A stretch of DNA of 64,000 nt from Ramazzottius varieornatus. Its lineage: Eukaryota; Animalia; Tardigrada. The stretch lies in assembly GCA_001949185.1 (NCBI GenBank), contig BDGG01000002.1, positions 2,291,826-2,355,825 of the forward strand, in the 5' to 3' direction. The first letter of the stretch is position 1; the number at the start of each line of letters is the position of its first letter. The notes below the pieces were generated by a model. That model was not told where the DNA came from and did no database searches. It saw only the letters and a program-made list of their open reading frames with translations. Shown piece after piece: positions 24,230-36,546 of this stretch. The position numbers and the translations under genes were made by a program.

Positions 24230-25918
24230 ATGGCCGATCAAAAACGATGGGTGTTTCTACTGTTCAGCTGTCTTACTATCTTCGGTGTGGAATGGCTGGT
24301 AGACGAGACCAGTATCTTGGCTTCCAGGTTCTCTGGTACTGCCCCTGATTGCTTTCAGCGCAACGGCTCGGACACCACTTGTCTAAATATGAATAACGCG
24401 GAATTCAATGCTTTGTATGTGGCGCACAACTGGGCAGGCACCGTCGTCGCATTGTGTACGGGATTTTTTGTTACCAGATATGGAGTTTATAACGTTAGCA
24501 TGGTCACTTCGGCTTTACTTCTGGCTGGCATGTAAGCTCAAGTATTCGCCCGAAAAATGAACCATTTTCCGACGCGTGTCTCTCTATGAATTGAATCTTT
24601 TGCAAATTGTACCAGGTTCTCGGTATTTACCTGCTGAATTTTCTCTTTGGACAGGATACTGTTCACCGTGGGTCCTTACTGTTCGGCGACCTCGGCGGCG
24701 TTCGCTGTCATGATGGTAGGAAGGCTTGTGTTCGGCTGCGGGTACTGGGGTAACGTCGTGGTCTCTCATCAAGTTAAATCCCATTGGTTCTTCGGGAAAG
24801 AACTGGCGGTGGCGTTTGGACTGTACAGTGGCTCCTTCCGACTATCTTCCATCGTCACCTATGCTTCGATCGGTTCGATCGTGGAGAAGTATGGGATGCA
24901 GACTACGATGTGGATTGTCTTTGCAATAGCTTTGTCCGGACCTGTCTGTGCGGTTACTGCCGGCTGGTATTATCGGCAGTACGCTGAACAGTCCATGGAC
25001 AGATCGCTGTGGAGTACAGCTAGATCCCATCCAGGAACAGCAGTCGCTCTGGTCAAACAACTGAATCGACAATATTGGATGATTGCACTCTTTCTGCTCA
25101 CATTCTACGGGACTGTCCTTTCGGTGATATCGGACTTCCCGAAATTTCTCATTGTAAGCCGACTTCGTACATTTTGAGAGATCCGTCATAAAATGCAACC
25201 CATTTTCTGTGTTCCAGGAAGCTCGCGAGAACACCGAGACCGCGGCCGGACTGATCTCTGGCATCATTGCGGACATCGCCATGTTCTCACCACTCATCGC
25301 TATTATCACGGATCGATACGGTAAACGAGACTTTGATCAACCTTTAAAAATGCTTGCAGATGCCAAGGCCCAACTGAATTGGTCGTAGGCTGGAGGGACA
25401 TCCAAATGTTGACGGCTAGTTCACTACTGTTCCTGGCTTTCCTTGGTATGGATCTCATACCGGGATTTAACGCTATCTTGTTTTGCGTACTTGTCGGACT
25501 GAGCTACGCATTCATGAGCGCTTGTGTATGGAGCGGAGTGGTGGTCACCACAACGCCGAGCACCGTTGGGGTCGCTATGGGACTTGCAACTTCACTGCAG
25601 TCCTTCGGTGCGGGACTTTTTATGTTAATCGGTGGTTTCATCCTGGATGCATCCAGCAACAGCTTGCAAAACAAATGGGTGAACTTCTACGTATTGCTAA
25701 CCTGTACTGTCAGTTTATCGTTGGTGGCCGCCGTTACAGCATGGTATCTTGACCGAAACACAGTGCTAAAGCCATTGAGGAGCAAATATTCTACAGCAAT
25801 ACCGGCAGTCGCGGCGGAAATGAACGAAGAAGTTAACGAATGTTCGCCGATCACGAGAGATGGTGGCCGGTCCGGAATAAGCTCGAGATCCAGCTTACCA
25901 CTATTAATACTTCCTTGA
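24230..25918 (+). CDS. MFSD1: MFSD1-like major facilitator transporter, copy B (4 exons)
   Basis: GRLVFGCG, HWFFGKELAVAFG; same exon structure as copy A. Confidence 0.88.
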
Positions 25919-26382
25919 TAACTAAACGAGATCGAAGCCAGTTGGGATAAACAGTTTTCTTCGGATTCTCTACATTTAGCTCTTTTATTTCGAGCCCAGG
26001 ACATTGTTCTATCGGATCCACAAAGCAATGTGTATTATACTATGGTACGTGGATGGTTGAAACTGCAGCGCAGGTCTTTTGCTATATGATCAAAGTAGTT
26101 CGGTGTACCGTAGAACTTAACGGAAAAGCGCTGCGGGTACTTTGAGTAACTGCAAGCCGACCGCCGGCAGCCAAATTACGTACGGGCAACAGTGGGAAGA
26201 ACAGCGCTCGCATACTATGAAACCGTGAGTGTGGATTTTCCTTTCTGCAGCAACCACAACACGATGCAACACGGTCCCGTGTTTTGCGATCAGGCAAAAT
26301 GGTGCTGACGGTTCCCAATAACTTTACCCAGGGATCGTCACGTCAGTGTTTGGAGTTGCACGTTGGTTGGTGAGCTCAAGAC

Positions 26383-28273
26383 ATGGATAACTACCGCTGG
26401 GTTTATCTTCTCTTTAGTTGCCTGACGCTGTTCTTTGCACAATGGGGATTCGACGAGATGGGCATACTGGCGTCCCGGATGTCTGGGCTCTCACCGGAAT
26501 GCATATGGAACAACGGCACGGATGCAACGTGTCTCACTATGACCGCATCCGAATTTAACGGTCTCTTCGTGGCCCACTTCTGGTCTGGAACCATCTCCGC
26601 AATCGGGACCGGCTACATCACAGGGCGGTTCGGTATATGGATCGGCAGCCTATGCGTGGCGCTAGCGCAGTTGCTCGGAATGTAGGTGCAACACGGCTAA
26701 TCAAACTAAAGCGAAGACAGCGGTTCAGGTGTAGGTCTGCATTTGGGAGCTTTGCGAGAAAACTCGACCAGATCATTTACCCACGTGGCGCATGCTTTAG
26801 ATGATATTGGATGGAAGCATGCGCCACTTGGAACGATCTGGTGGAGTTTGTTTACCGAGCTCCCATTCATGCTCACTCTATATTTACAGGTTGATCTTTA
26901 CCGTAGGACCTTACGGTCCAACAACAAACGTGGCTTACGCCGTAATGTTGATCGGTCGAATAATTTTCGGCTGCGGTTTCTGGGGCAGCAGCGTTGTATC
27001 TCAACAAGTGATGTCCCATTGGTTTTTCGGTCGGGAACTAGCTATGGCGTTTTCTTTGTATACCAACTCCATCCGCATTGCCAGCATTATCAGCTTCGCC
27101 TCATTGGGAACAGTAGCTCAGAAATACGGCATGCAGAATACCATGTGGATTGTTTTCGGACTGGCCGTACTAGGACCCTCGTCATCCGTTCTGGGCGGAT
27201 GGGTCTACAAGCGCTTCGCCGCAATATCCATGGCTGAAGAGAGATGGCTCGCCAGCAGTGCGCGAACGGGTATCAGTTTGAGCTTGATCAAGAAACTGTC
27301 CTGGCATTATTGGACTGTGGCGATTTTCTTCTTTGCCACTTACGGCACCCTGGTGTCCATACTGGCTGATTTTGCCAAGTTTCTTACGGTACGCTTAATC
27401 TTTTCCTGACGACGTATTACCAGATTCTAACATCAAACATGTGCATGAGTTCGCTACAGGAAGCGCGCGGTCTTAACGAAGCAACTGCGGGAGTAACCAC
27501 CGGAATAATATCGGACATTGGGATACTGTCCCCATTGCTGGGGATCGTCACCGACCGCTACGGCTAGTATCGTACTTGTCAGCTATACACGTACTGTAAG
27601 TACCCACGCCGGCGAGTTCTATAACCGAGTTTGTTATTACAGGCTGGAGAGACATTCAGATGATAGCCTCGAGTACTTTTATCCTCACTGGGCTCCTGGT
27701 AATAACAACGTCGACGAGTGCCCTTTCCATGCCGGTCATTTTTTGCGTGCTAGTCGGAGCAGGGTACGTTCTTTTCACCTCTTCAGTGTGGAGTAGCGTT
27801 GTGGCGGTGACCACCTCGACCACCGTGGGAGTCGCGATGAGTATTACCACAGCGATACAGTCCTTCAGTGGAGGAGCTTTTCTGTTGATGCTAGGGCTCC
27901 TTCTCGACCGTAAGCAAATGTCCATCAATGAGAGTAGAGAAGCTACCCGAGAGTGTATTCGAAGTGTTGTGTTTCAGGTAACAGCATGGAAGAAAGAGGG
28001 ACCTGGATGAGCTTCTTTGTCGTGCTGGCTGTTACAGTTAGCGTTGCGCTCCTCAGTGCGCTGGCTGCCCTGTATCTTGATCGGAAAAACATCCTTCGGC
28101 CTTTGAGGAGCAAACATTCGACCTACGTGCCGGCAGCAGCTGCCGAGATGAACACAGCAGTAGACGAAGTGCAGCCGTTCGCCAAAGCGAATGGCTCTGC
28201 TCGAGGCGGCTACAGATACTCTGACTCGTTGAGTTCTGGCTCAGTAGGATCACCCACGTGCGTCAATTGTTGA
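26383..28273 (+). CDS. MFSD1: MFSD1-like major facilitator transporter, copy C (5 exons, one GC-AG intron)
   Basis: GRIIFGCG, HWFFGRELAMAF; shared C-tail LRPLRSKHST.PAAAAEMN; extra intron near 27909-27977. Confidence 0.85.
26767..26842. repeat. Palindromic element copy in MFS copy C intron 1
   Basis: ACCAGATCATTTACCCACGTGGCGCATGCTT...AAGCATGCGCCACTTGGAACGATCTGGT; core spacer 27 bp. Confidence 0.85.
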
Positions 28274-29458
28274 AACCTCAAACGATCTCACGAAATGGAT
28301 TTATCCATGCATTTTTTCGTTGTGAAAAGTTTGTATTCAGTGCATAGGGCAATCCTATCCATGTTCAAAAAACCCCGTTACCTATATGAAAACGTCAATA
28401 GTCCTTGTAGACCACGTAGATGTAATAGTCTACAGCCAATAAGTATAAAACACGTTGATCGGGACTAGCGTGATAAGAGTGCTTAACATCAATGATCTCA
28501 GTGTCAGGATGGATCTCCCGCCAGAACTGCTCATACTGTACCTCCACCGCACTGTCGCCCATGGCCAGTTGCCGCCACCGAGCGTTCATAGTCTCTTTGC
28601 GACGGATCTAGCGCATCGATAACCAGGCCAGGCACACTAATACACTATACCCACATTCACATGAATAATAACATGATTCCTGTTGTAAGGTAACGGTAAA
28701 CTGGGCATCTGCGAGATCAAAAAGCCACTAAATAATATAAATTCTGGCTTAACCAGAACGGTTCACGGCCTCTTACCGCAAACGAGCTAGGGGCGTTTCT
28801 GCAGGGGTGTTGGCACGGTGAGAATTCCGGTAGGCGTACTAGTGTGGTGGAACAGATAGCCCTTCCATTTGAGGATGAAGCACGAGGATCCGGAGAGTGG
28901 CGCTGGCTCAAATACTGTCCACGTGTTACCCAAAGGGACTGGGCGTTCTAGTAAAAGATAGGTGAGGGGAACGATTCCTTGAACTTCCAGCGCATACGAA
29001 ACCACGCTTCCGTATTAACTGTCTAACGTCTGTCTTACCGTGATTGTTCCGAGTCCGATGGCTAGAAATGTTTTAAGTCGATGAGAACCTCATCTTCAAA
29101 ACCAATGAAGAGCTTGCCTTAAAGGAGCAACGAGCTTTACAGTACAGCTTTTACTCTTGAAATCGGCACAGGAAAAACCGGCAGGGATTAAGGCTCTCCT
29201 GTCTTCTCAAAATTCCAATTTGACAAGAATCGTTTACTCGTTGGAAAACGGCATAATGATAATGTAGAAATCCAGGATACCACGTAACATACAGTATGTT
29301 GCGCGGTGGCGTTGTGACTAGGTTATCCCCAAACAACCCGCGCTGCAAGAGTATTGAAAATATTTTTCGGTTGTCATCACTTACACAATGATGATCGATA
29401 TCCACTCTCCGAGAACCCTCAGATTTCTGGACGGATCTGAGTCTGACGGATAGATTGT

Positions 29459-30205
29459 TTATGCAGGACAGTCTACCATGTCGAAACCAAGATCGAAACA
29501 TACTCCAACTTCTTCAAGGTACTTTTTGGAAGTGAGCCTTTTCGCTAGTTTGAAACGAATTCGCAACTTCCCCTCCGAAAGTCTGTCGAAAACCTCCAGG
29601 GTTGAAGTTCCGACATCCTTCCGTGCACAACCTGGAATAACTTCAGCTGCGTTCAACATCCCGCTGATATCAAAGCGGTCTTTCAACTGCAGAGCTGTAC
29701 TTAGATACTCTCCGACGGTATCAAGCGGCGCAAAACTCAGAGCGCAGGTTCCATGTTTCATCCATTCGTACCGCCAGAAACCTTCTGGGGAGCTCCCATT
29801 AGAGACCAACATGTCGGGCCAGTGGAAAAGAAGTCTGGGGTACAAAGCGGAGTTTCCTGTTACAAAAGAGTTGTTCCAGATTATCGAGGCTTCCGTTTGA
29901 TTATTAAGGCAGTAATTTGGTCCATCTGTTCCATTCTTCGTTGGCCACAGACCATGTATAACCCATCGACCATCTGGGCATGAGGAGTTAGTATCGACAC
30001 AAAGAATTTGATTAGCAGTCCCTTCTGTCTCGCTGAAATAAAACCCGCAACCGGCTTGTGACCAGCGTATCGACAGGACCAGGTAGTCCCACTGGTAGTT
30101 TGAAGTAGTAACCAACGACTGATTATGAGCATTAATTGATACAGCAATCCCGGCGAAACCCACTGTAAGAGCTAGGAGAACGATAAGTTTGACTGAGAAA
30201 GTCAT
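29459..30205 (-). CDS. RNASET2: Ribonuclease T2 family protein, intronless CDS, signal peptide
   Basis: WDYLVLSIRW; CAS I WVIHGLWP; CAS II FWRYEWMKHGTCA; C-terminal YLEEVGVCFD...DCP. Likely start MTFSVKLIVLLAL. Confidence 0.93.
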   Translation of the reverse strand: MTFSVKLIVLLALTVGFAGIAVSINAHNQSLVTTSNYQWDYLVLSIRWSQAGCGFYFSETEGTANQILCVDTNSSCPDGRWVIHGLWPTKNGTDGPNYCLNNQTEASIIWNNSFVTGNSALYPRLLFHWPDMLVSNGSSPEGFWRYEWMKHGTCALSFAPLDTVGEYLSTALQLKDRFDISGMLNAAEVIPGCARKDVGTSTLEVFDRLSEGKLRIRFKLAKRLTSKKYLEEVGVCFDLGFDMVDCPA

Positions 30206-31489
30206 TTCGTACCTGTCTCCGATCGAGCCATGACACAGTTTCAGTGTGATCAAGTGGCGCAACATCAACAGCATGCCAACAGAACGTTCCCCTTATGGAA
30301 ACCAATATGACAGACTGAAGAAATATGTAAGACTGATTCACACAGAAACGCTTACCCAGCAAAAGTTTTAGAGCAAAAGCTCGCATTGTCAAGTACTTCC
30401 AGAAGTGCGGACATCTTTCAGTAATATAGCGTAGTACAAGGAAACCATTTTTCATCGCTTTCTTCGGAAGGCTGCAAACACTAAGAGTTACCGCAGCTGA
30501 GGTTCCTGGATTATTTAACCGCTTGAATGGTCGCAATAACAACTATATTCGAACTGGTTCTTGGCATCGTACCTCAGGGGTGAGGCGTACCAGGACAGGA
30601 CCTCTCCACCACGTTTGCCAACACATTGGTGAGAGCGTCTGCCGAAGCGCTCCTTCGCCATCCAAGTACTACCTACGATACAAAAACAACAGATCAAGTT
30701 GTTGTGATATTTGCCACGGTTACACTGTCTTCAGTTTAATTACTAACTTACCTGACCCAGCAGTAGTTAGTGATGGTGGAGTTCTTCGGATGATAGCGAC
30801 ACTTTGCGGTTGGGTGTTCAAGATCGAAGCTGAAAACCAGCGCAGATCCAGGACAACCCCATGGTACGATCGGATACAAGCAGTGAGATCGGGGTCCATC
30901 ATCCAACCAACTGACCAGACTAGCTACAACCCGGGTTGAAAAATTTCGTGTTTAGTTGATTGCTCTCGTCAGCTCTGGCCACTGTCTTCCTTCTCCATCT
31001 CTCCTCGCTCGTTACTTTTCTAATACTCGCTCGCTATTCCCTAACATCTTTCATACGTTGTCAAACTTCGAAGAAGTCTGGGGAAACAGCCGATTGACAG
31101 GAACGCGGACTTTGCTGCACCGGATACTGCTCTCTCGTTACGGCATTCTACATCTCTCGGATGTTGCTGGCTGCACCTGACAGTAAGCAAAGCTCGATTA
31201 ACTTCTTGAACTTTCCACTCGGTGTTAACGCCAACTACGGATACCCAGCAAGATTTCGTTGTCAAACTTCAGCCAAGATGACTTTGAGCATTTGGTTGCT
31301 CTTTGGTTTTCCAAGATTTGAGCACCTGTTTATTCAAACGAACTGAAAGTACAGTCCGGTCGTTCGAGAAGTAGACATCGTTCCTCCATTTTTATTCTTC
31401 AGCAGTCAAATATTTACCGTACAGCTTGCCAGAAACAGAAGAGGGTGACGTCAAGAGTCCACTAACAATCATTACGAAAGAAAATCAAC

Positions 31490-32170
31490 ACTTCTTTTCC
31501 GCCATGTGAAAAGCGCCAGATTATCGAAAGCAATTTCGTATAGTCGAGCCGTCAACATCTGACCATCTCTTCATAATCCACTTGACCGAATGCAAGGCCG
31601 TAAGGGACTCCTTGTACTCCTTGAGGTTTTGAGAGTTCTTTCTGTTTGCTCGGCGATGCTCGGCCTTCGCAGCGCTTTCACGTGCCTCAAAGGCTTCGAT
31701 TGTTCCTTGACCAAGCGGTTGAATTCTGCTAGTCTGTTTCGGAAGCAAGAAAACGAGCTTCACGTGGGATAGACTGTCGACCTTATAACCTGATGCGTTG
31801 TCCAGCCAAAGCAGAATCTTACGAATCTGATTTTTATTTTCTCATTGAGTTCTGTTAGCCAGAAAGCAAAGACAACCCCCGTTATCTAGGCCTTTTTGTT
31901 GCTCGCCCAGGTACAGCCCGCTTTTTTGAAGTCCAGTTTTGTCTTCGTAAAGGCATGCGGCTTCTTGGATCGGCCAATGATGAGAGGAGGGAGCTTTTCG
32001 CCAGACGCACTGCAGCAAAACATGACTAATATCCGCGAAAGGTAGAGTTCCAGAATCCTCCGCTTTTCACCCAATGTATGGTTATCGCGTGCTCTTCCTT
32101 CACCGACAACATCGAGTTCGATAGTAGGATAAGAAACAGGCCACTTCTGTGGTAAGCGAGTTCTGTTTTC
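31490..32170 (-). mobile_element. Degenerate pogo/Tigger DDE transposase relic
   Basis: VMFCCSASGEKLPPLIIGRSKKP, SNKKA-stop, KILLWLDNASG, KLVFLLPKQTSRIQPLGQG, TIRNCF; stops and frameshifts. Confidence 0.88.
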
Positions 32171-33699
32171 TGGATACAGGGATCTGTCGGTTGCAAGGCT
32201 CCACCGGAAGTGCCTTTCGTTGTTCGCTGATTATACGCAAGATATACCCCATTGAACCTCCGTCTGTCGAACGGATCCTCAATCTTAAACTGTCTGGCTG
32301 AATCTCCGATGCTCGTTTGATGAAGACGCGGTGCGATAAGCAAGAGAATGTTCGGAACTTTTTGCAGAGAAAAAGAGCGTGAGCAACAGGCTGCTTCTGT
32401 TGCGTGAATGAACTGACGAACAATAAATCAAAAGTACTTATGGTGAGCACTCTTGTGTTTTCCGCAATTTTGCAATTTTGAAATCGAAAAATGGTGTCCA
32501 CTTCTCGAGCGACCGGACCAAGTCGGTCGCATCAGTTATCAATCCGGGAGGACCGGATCATTAGAAACCACCGAAGGTCAATCAAACAATTAATCGGACG
32601 ATCAAAAATTCAAATGCACATACGATGCGCACGCATGTGCAATGTAGTAGACTCATAGTACATATTGGTACTAGCACCCAGGATCCCCCAGTGCGGTGTA
32701 CTCCGAATTTACGATTATTTTTTCTTGGGATTCGATCCTGGAGAAGAGTGAAAAACTGTATTATCAGGTGCGGAAGTATGGCTTGTTCCTCGTTTTCCAA
32801 CAGCAATTTGAAAAAAATCTTTCTCCCGTTCCAGCGAAGCTTTTCCTCCCAAATCTTTCCCGACAGAACGTACTAACATTGAACTTTTGGATCCGCTTGG
32901 CGGGTTCAACTTATTGATCGGTGTCAACTTTTAAAAAATCGTCCAATTCGTCACTTTTGAAAAAAAACCACCAATTTTGCGAAAACATTTTCTTTGAGCG
33001 CACAAGTCTTGTTCCAAGCATGCTGATGGTTCTGTTGAATGCTCCTGTGAATGCTGTCTCGAAATCAGTTTTGGATTTCGTCTGACAACGTGCGCTGCCA
33101 GAGATTTCCGGGTGGAAATTTAGACAAAGTATCAGAAATCTGACCTTACATTTTGCGGGCAGCAACAGTTTCCATCGTAAAGCAATCCCAGACAAAGATT
33201 GAATACACCCTGGTGCGTCTACCGGAAAACTTATTGAAATGTTTCGGGAAGTCCGTAAGACGGGTGAAATTTGATTCTCGGTACCTCAGTAAAGTTGCGC
33301 ATTTTACCGCTCGCTTTTACAAGCGGTGAAACACGTTTTCCGTTTTTAAAATATCCTGAAGCCGCAATACGATAGTTTTCAAATGGCATCGTCGAGTCCT
33401 AACCTAGTTTCACACGGTGATATGATTCGCTACCATGTTGCTTTGCCCGCTTTTGAAAGAGAAGATTCGGAAAAAGGGTGGAAAAACTTCCCCGTCTGGG
33501 TTTGAATCAAGATTTTTGTACTAGTTGTCGACGTACGGGCTTGGGACCTGCCGCCTGAAAACAAGGAGTGTTGGTATACAACATGACTCATGCGGGAGAA
33601 CTTAAACAACAACTAACGGATTTGTAAAAGATATTTGAATTCAGTCCTTCGAAAAGTAGCAGGCCATACTTCCGCACCTGATAGTGTGAATCGAGCCCT

Positions 33700-33779
33700 T
33701 ACGTATTTGCTTCCGTACCGCCGTAGCGAAGAGGCCTGTCCCATGATTTTTACTGTCCCATGATTTCCCATCGTACGTG
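33700..33779. mobile_element. Right-end fragment of the Tc1-type MITE family
   Basis: GCTTCCGTACCGCCGTAGCGAAGAGGCCTGTCCCATG...CATCGTACGTG closely matches 20453-20506. Confidence 0.7.
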
Positions 33780-33986
33780 CACACTGTCCATCGTGGTGCT
33801 GCGTCCATCACTACGTTTATCTCTCGGCGACGCTTTACGCTCTCAGGTTTCGCTCTAATACACTTGGTAATTATTCTGTATCAGCTGCGTACAGCAAAAA
33901 TATTCATCACCAGTAGGACCTGGCATTTCTAGTATAAACAGAAATGTGGGTTCGGATTAGCTTCAAAGAAGAGCGAAATGATCCAC

Positions 33987-35800
33987 TCAGTAGTATTCCG
34001 AAGCTCCTTGCGGGGGTACCTGGACTTGCACCGTCTCGGTCACTTGTACTTCGCGCTGGACTTCCATGGGTGTATCCACGACCTCCATCTCGCTCTGTAA
34101 GCGGGCCTCGCTCGATTGTCTGTAAGCATCCACTTGATCGGGTTGTTCACCTGGCTCTATTGCACTCGGTGGTTCAGGTCGCAAGAACACCTTGATGAAG
34201 CCATCCTCATGTGCGGCCAGCTTCTTGTAGGCTTCTGGGGCTTCCGCCAGCGACATGTAGTGCGAAATGACGTAGCGCGGGTCGAAGGTACCGTCGACCA
34301 CTTTGGACAAACAGTAATGCCACAATTTCTGCGTGGGTGACAGTCCGATGGTCATGTTGATGTGACGTCGTTCGAACTCCAGAATGGGGAACCCGTTGAT
34401 AGTGCCGTCGTACCCAGCGATCAGCGTCAGATTACCGAATTTACGGAGTGACATGACACATTCGGTGATGACTTCGGGAGCCGAGGCTTCCAGCCCAAGA
34501 GCACGTTGTAGCTTATGGGAAGTTGACTTTGGCGCACCGGGATTGGCGGCATCGATGGCAACGTCCAGACCACGCTGTTCCAGTTCGGCTATGCGTTCGG
34601 TCACGTTATCGGTGTTGTAGTTGATGGCATCGATACCTAAACCACGGGTAATCAGTCAATGGTCGGACGATGCGCGGAATGTGGATAAAAACGATTTTCT
34701 CACGATCACACCGTATATCAGGTCGCAACAAATAACTGGAAGCTGGGCGAATAAAACGTGCCAAGACGATTATTTTGGTCCCGCAACCGTCCAACCAGTA
34801 ACAACAAGAACGTGAGTCACTTGCGCCAACATGAATTCACCTAGATAGTTTTCCCAAGTGGCGCACGTTCTCGGTGATTACCTGTCAGGGTGTGCGCTAC
34901 TTAAAATAATAACTTTGTATGGGTCCAGAAAATGCCGGTTTCCTACGATCCGTCAAAGTTTTTGGTGAACTTACCCAGTCTGTTGCGTGCGATGTCCAGT
35001 CGGTCCTCCGTGCCCGAAATCCCAATGATTCTCTTGGCTCCCAGCACCTGGCACCACCTGGCAGCGCACAGTCCAACCGGTCCCATACCCCAAATTCCCA
35101 CGACGTCGCCTTCTCGCACGTTTCGGCAAGCATGGTAGGCCGTGGGAATGACATTCGACAACAGCAGCGCCTTCTCATCCATGACGTCGTCCGGAATGGG
35201 CAAGCAGTTGACATCCGCAAATGGCACTCGCACGTACTCGGCTTGTCCTCCTTGGTAGCGACCAAAGCGAGGACCCAGACCAAAAGCTCCACACGTCTGA
35301 GCATCGATGACTTGTCCAGGAGTCAGTCTCGGGTTGGTTTTACTACATGCCGAGAAAAGCTTGCTCTTGCAGTAGTCGCACTCTCCGCAGGAAATGTTCA
35401 GCGAGACCACCACCCGAGAACCGACGGGCAGAAGGACGTCGATGCCAACTTCTTCAACGATGCCCATGAATTCGTGACCGAGGATATCGCCGTTAACCAG
35501 GCCCAAAAGCTGGCTATTGTTGTAGGCAGCAACGTCGATACCGTCGATGGAGGTGGCCGTTACGCGAATCAGGGCGTCCTTGCCGTGGATAGTGTCCACC
35601 ATAATAGGTTTAGGGACTTTCTCGTAACGGACATCGCCTTTGCCGTGGTACACAACTGCGTTCATTTTGCGGGCGAGATTAGCTTCGCTCTCTTGGATTG
35701 TGGATTCCGAGGTGTTCTCCTGCATGGTGGCATCTTCGTTTGTAGTACCCGAGCCGTGGCCAAAAAGCTTGCCAGCAATGTTTGCAGCGGCGTTCATCAT
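33987..35800 (-). CDS. Zn-dependent medium-chain dehydrogenase of the glutathione-independent formaldehyde dehydrogenase-like class, 2 exons (intron 34637..34974); HGT candidate
   Basis: GHEFMGIVEEVG, CGECDYC...C structural Zn, GGQAEYVRVPFADVN, WGMGPVG Rossmann motif, KLQRALGLE, EAPEAYKK...IKVFLRP. Confidence 0.9.
34843..34906. repeat. Palindromic element copy in the dehydrogenase intron
   Basis: GTGGCGCA 34858-34865 and TGCGCTAC 34893-34900; spacer 27 bp. Confidence 0.8.
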
Positions 35801-36546
35801 TTTCCAAGCAAAGTTAGCGCAAACCTGGGACAGAAAAATTAACGGCGGTAGCGAATATTCAGATGGAAAGTAAGGTAACTCGAAGTACTCTCGAACAGAA
35901 AAAAATGAAAGGCTTGTTGTCAATATCGTTATCAGATCATCATGTTATACTCTGCTGTATTTCCATTGTGTGCGCATACGGAGAAAGTCGACTTTCAAAA
36001 ACAAATGTCAGCTGGTGGAAAGCACCCATTCCTTCCGGCGCATAGCGGCAAGTACCCATCGGTGGGAAAGAATGTGGCGCAAAACCGGTTCCGCCTGACG
36101 TAATCATAATAATATTGATCCAGTTTGCAACCGCCTGCGCACAGTTGACCCACAGGCAGAGCCACCTGCAAAAAGCACGGACGAAGCCAAAGCTCTTCTT
36201 CTTCAGCAGTCCCTGTAGTCGATGAGAAACGTGCTTTATAAACAGGACGCTGACAGGTACACTGTATCATGAGAGATTCTCGCAGCAGGCGGACAACAGA
36301 GTAAGCCTGTTGCGCAATGGTGAGTTAAGGCAGAAATCTTAACTATTTTCAGACAACATGCTTATCACCAAACTGATAGAATTTTGTCCGGTTCAACTGA
36401 AGCTATCAAGTTCACAGCCCACTGCAAAGCCCAGCCTTACATAAGTTTCGTTTCGGGGTAGCTTCTCCAGGTTCGTCAGAGGTGCAATTGACTGTTTTCA
36501 GCACAGGAACCCATCTTGGTGCTGTGGGATCAACCGCGAACCCAGA

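Noticed and set aside
28395-29005. Two short protein-like minus-strand ORFs downstream of RNase T2
   Set aside because: No recognisable motif and no convincing splice path between them.
33987-35800. Microbial contamination as the source of the dehydrogenase
   Set aside because: It is contiguous with animal genes and has a GT-AG intron containing a repeat found in host-gene introns.
34919-35842. 307-aa plus-strand ORF
   Set aside because: Antisense shadow of the dehydrogenase exon.
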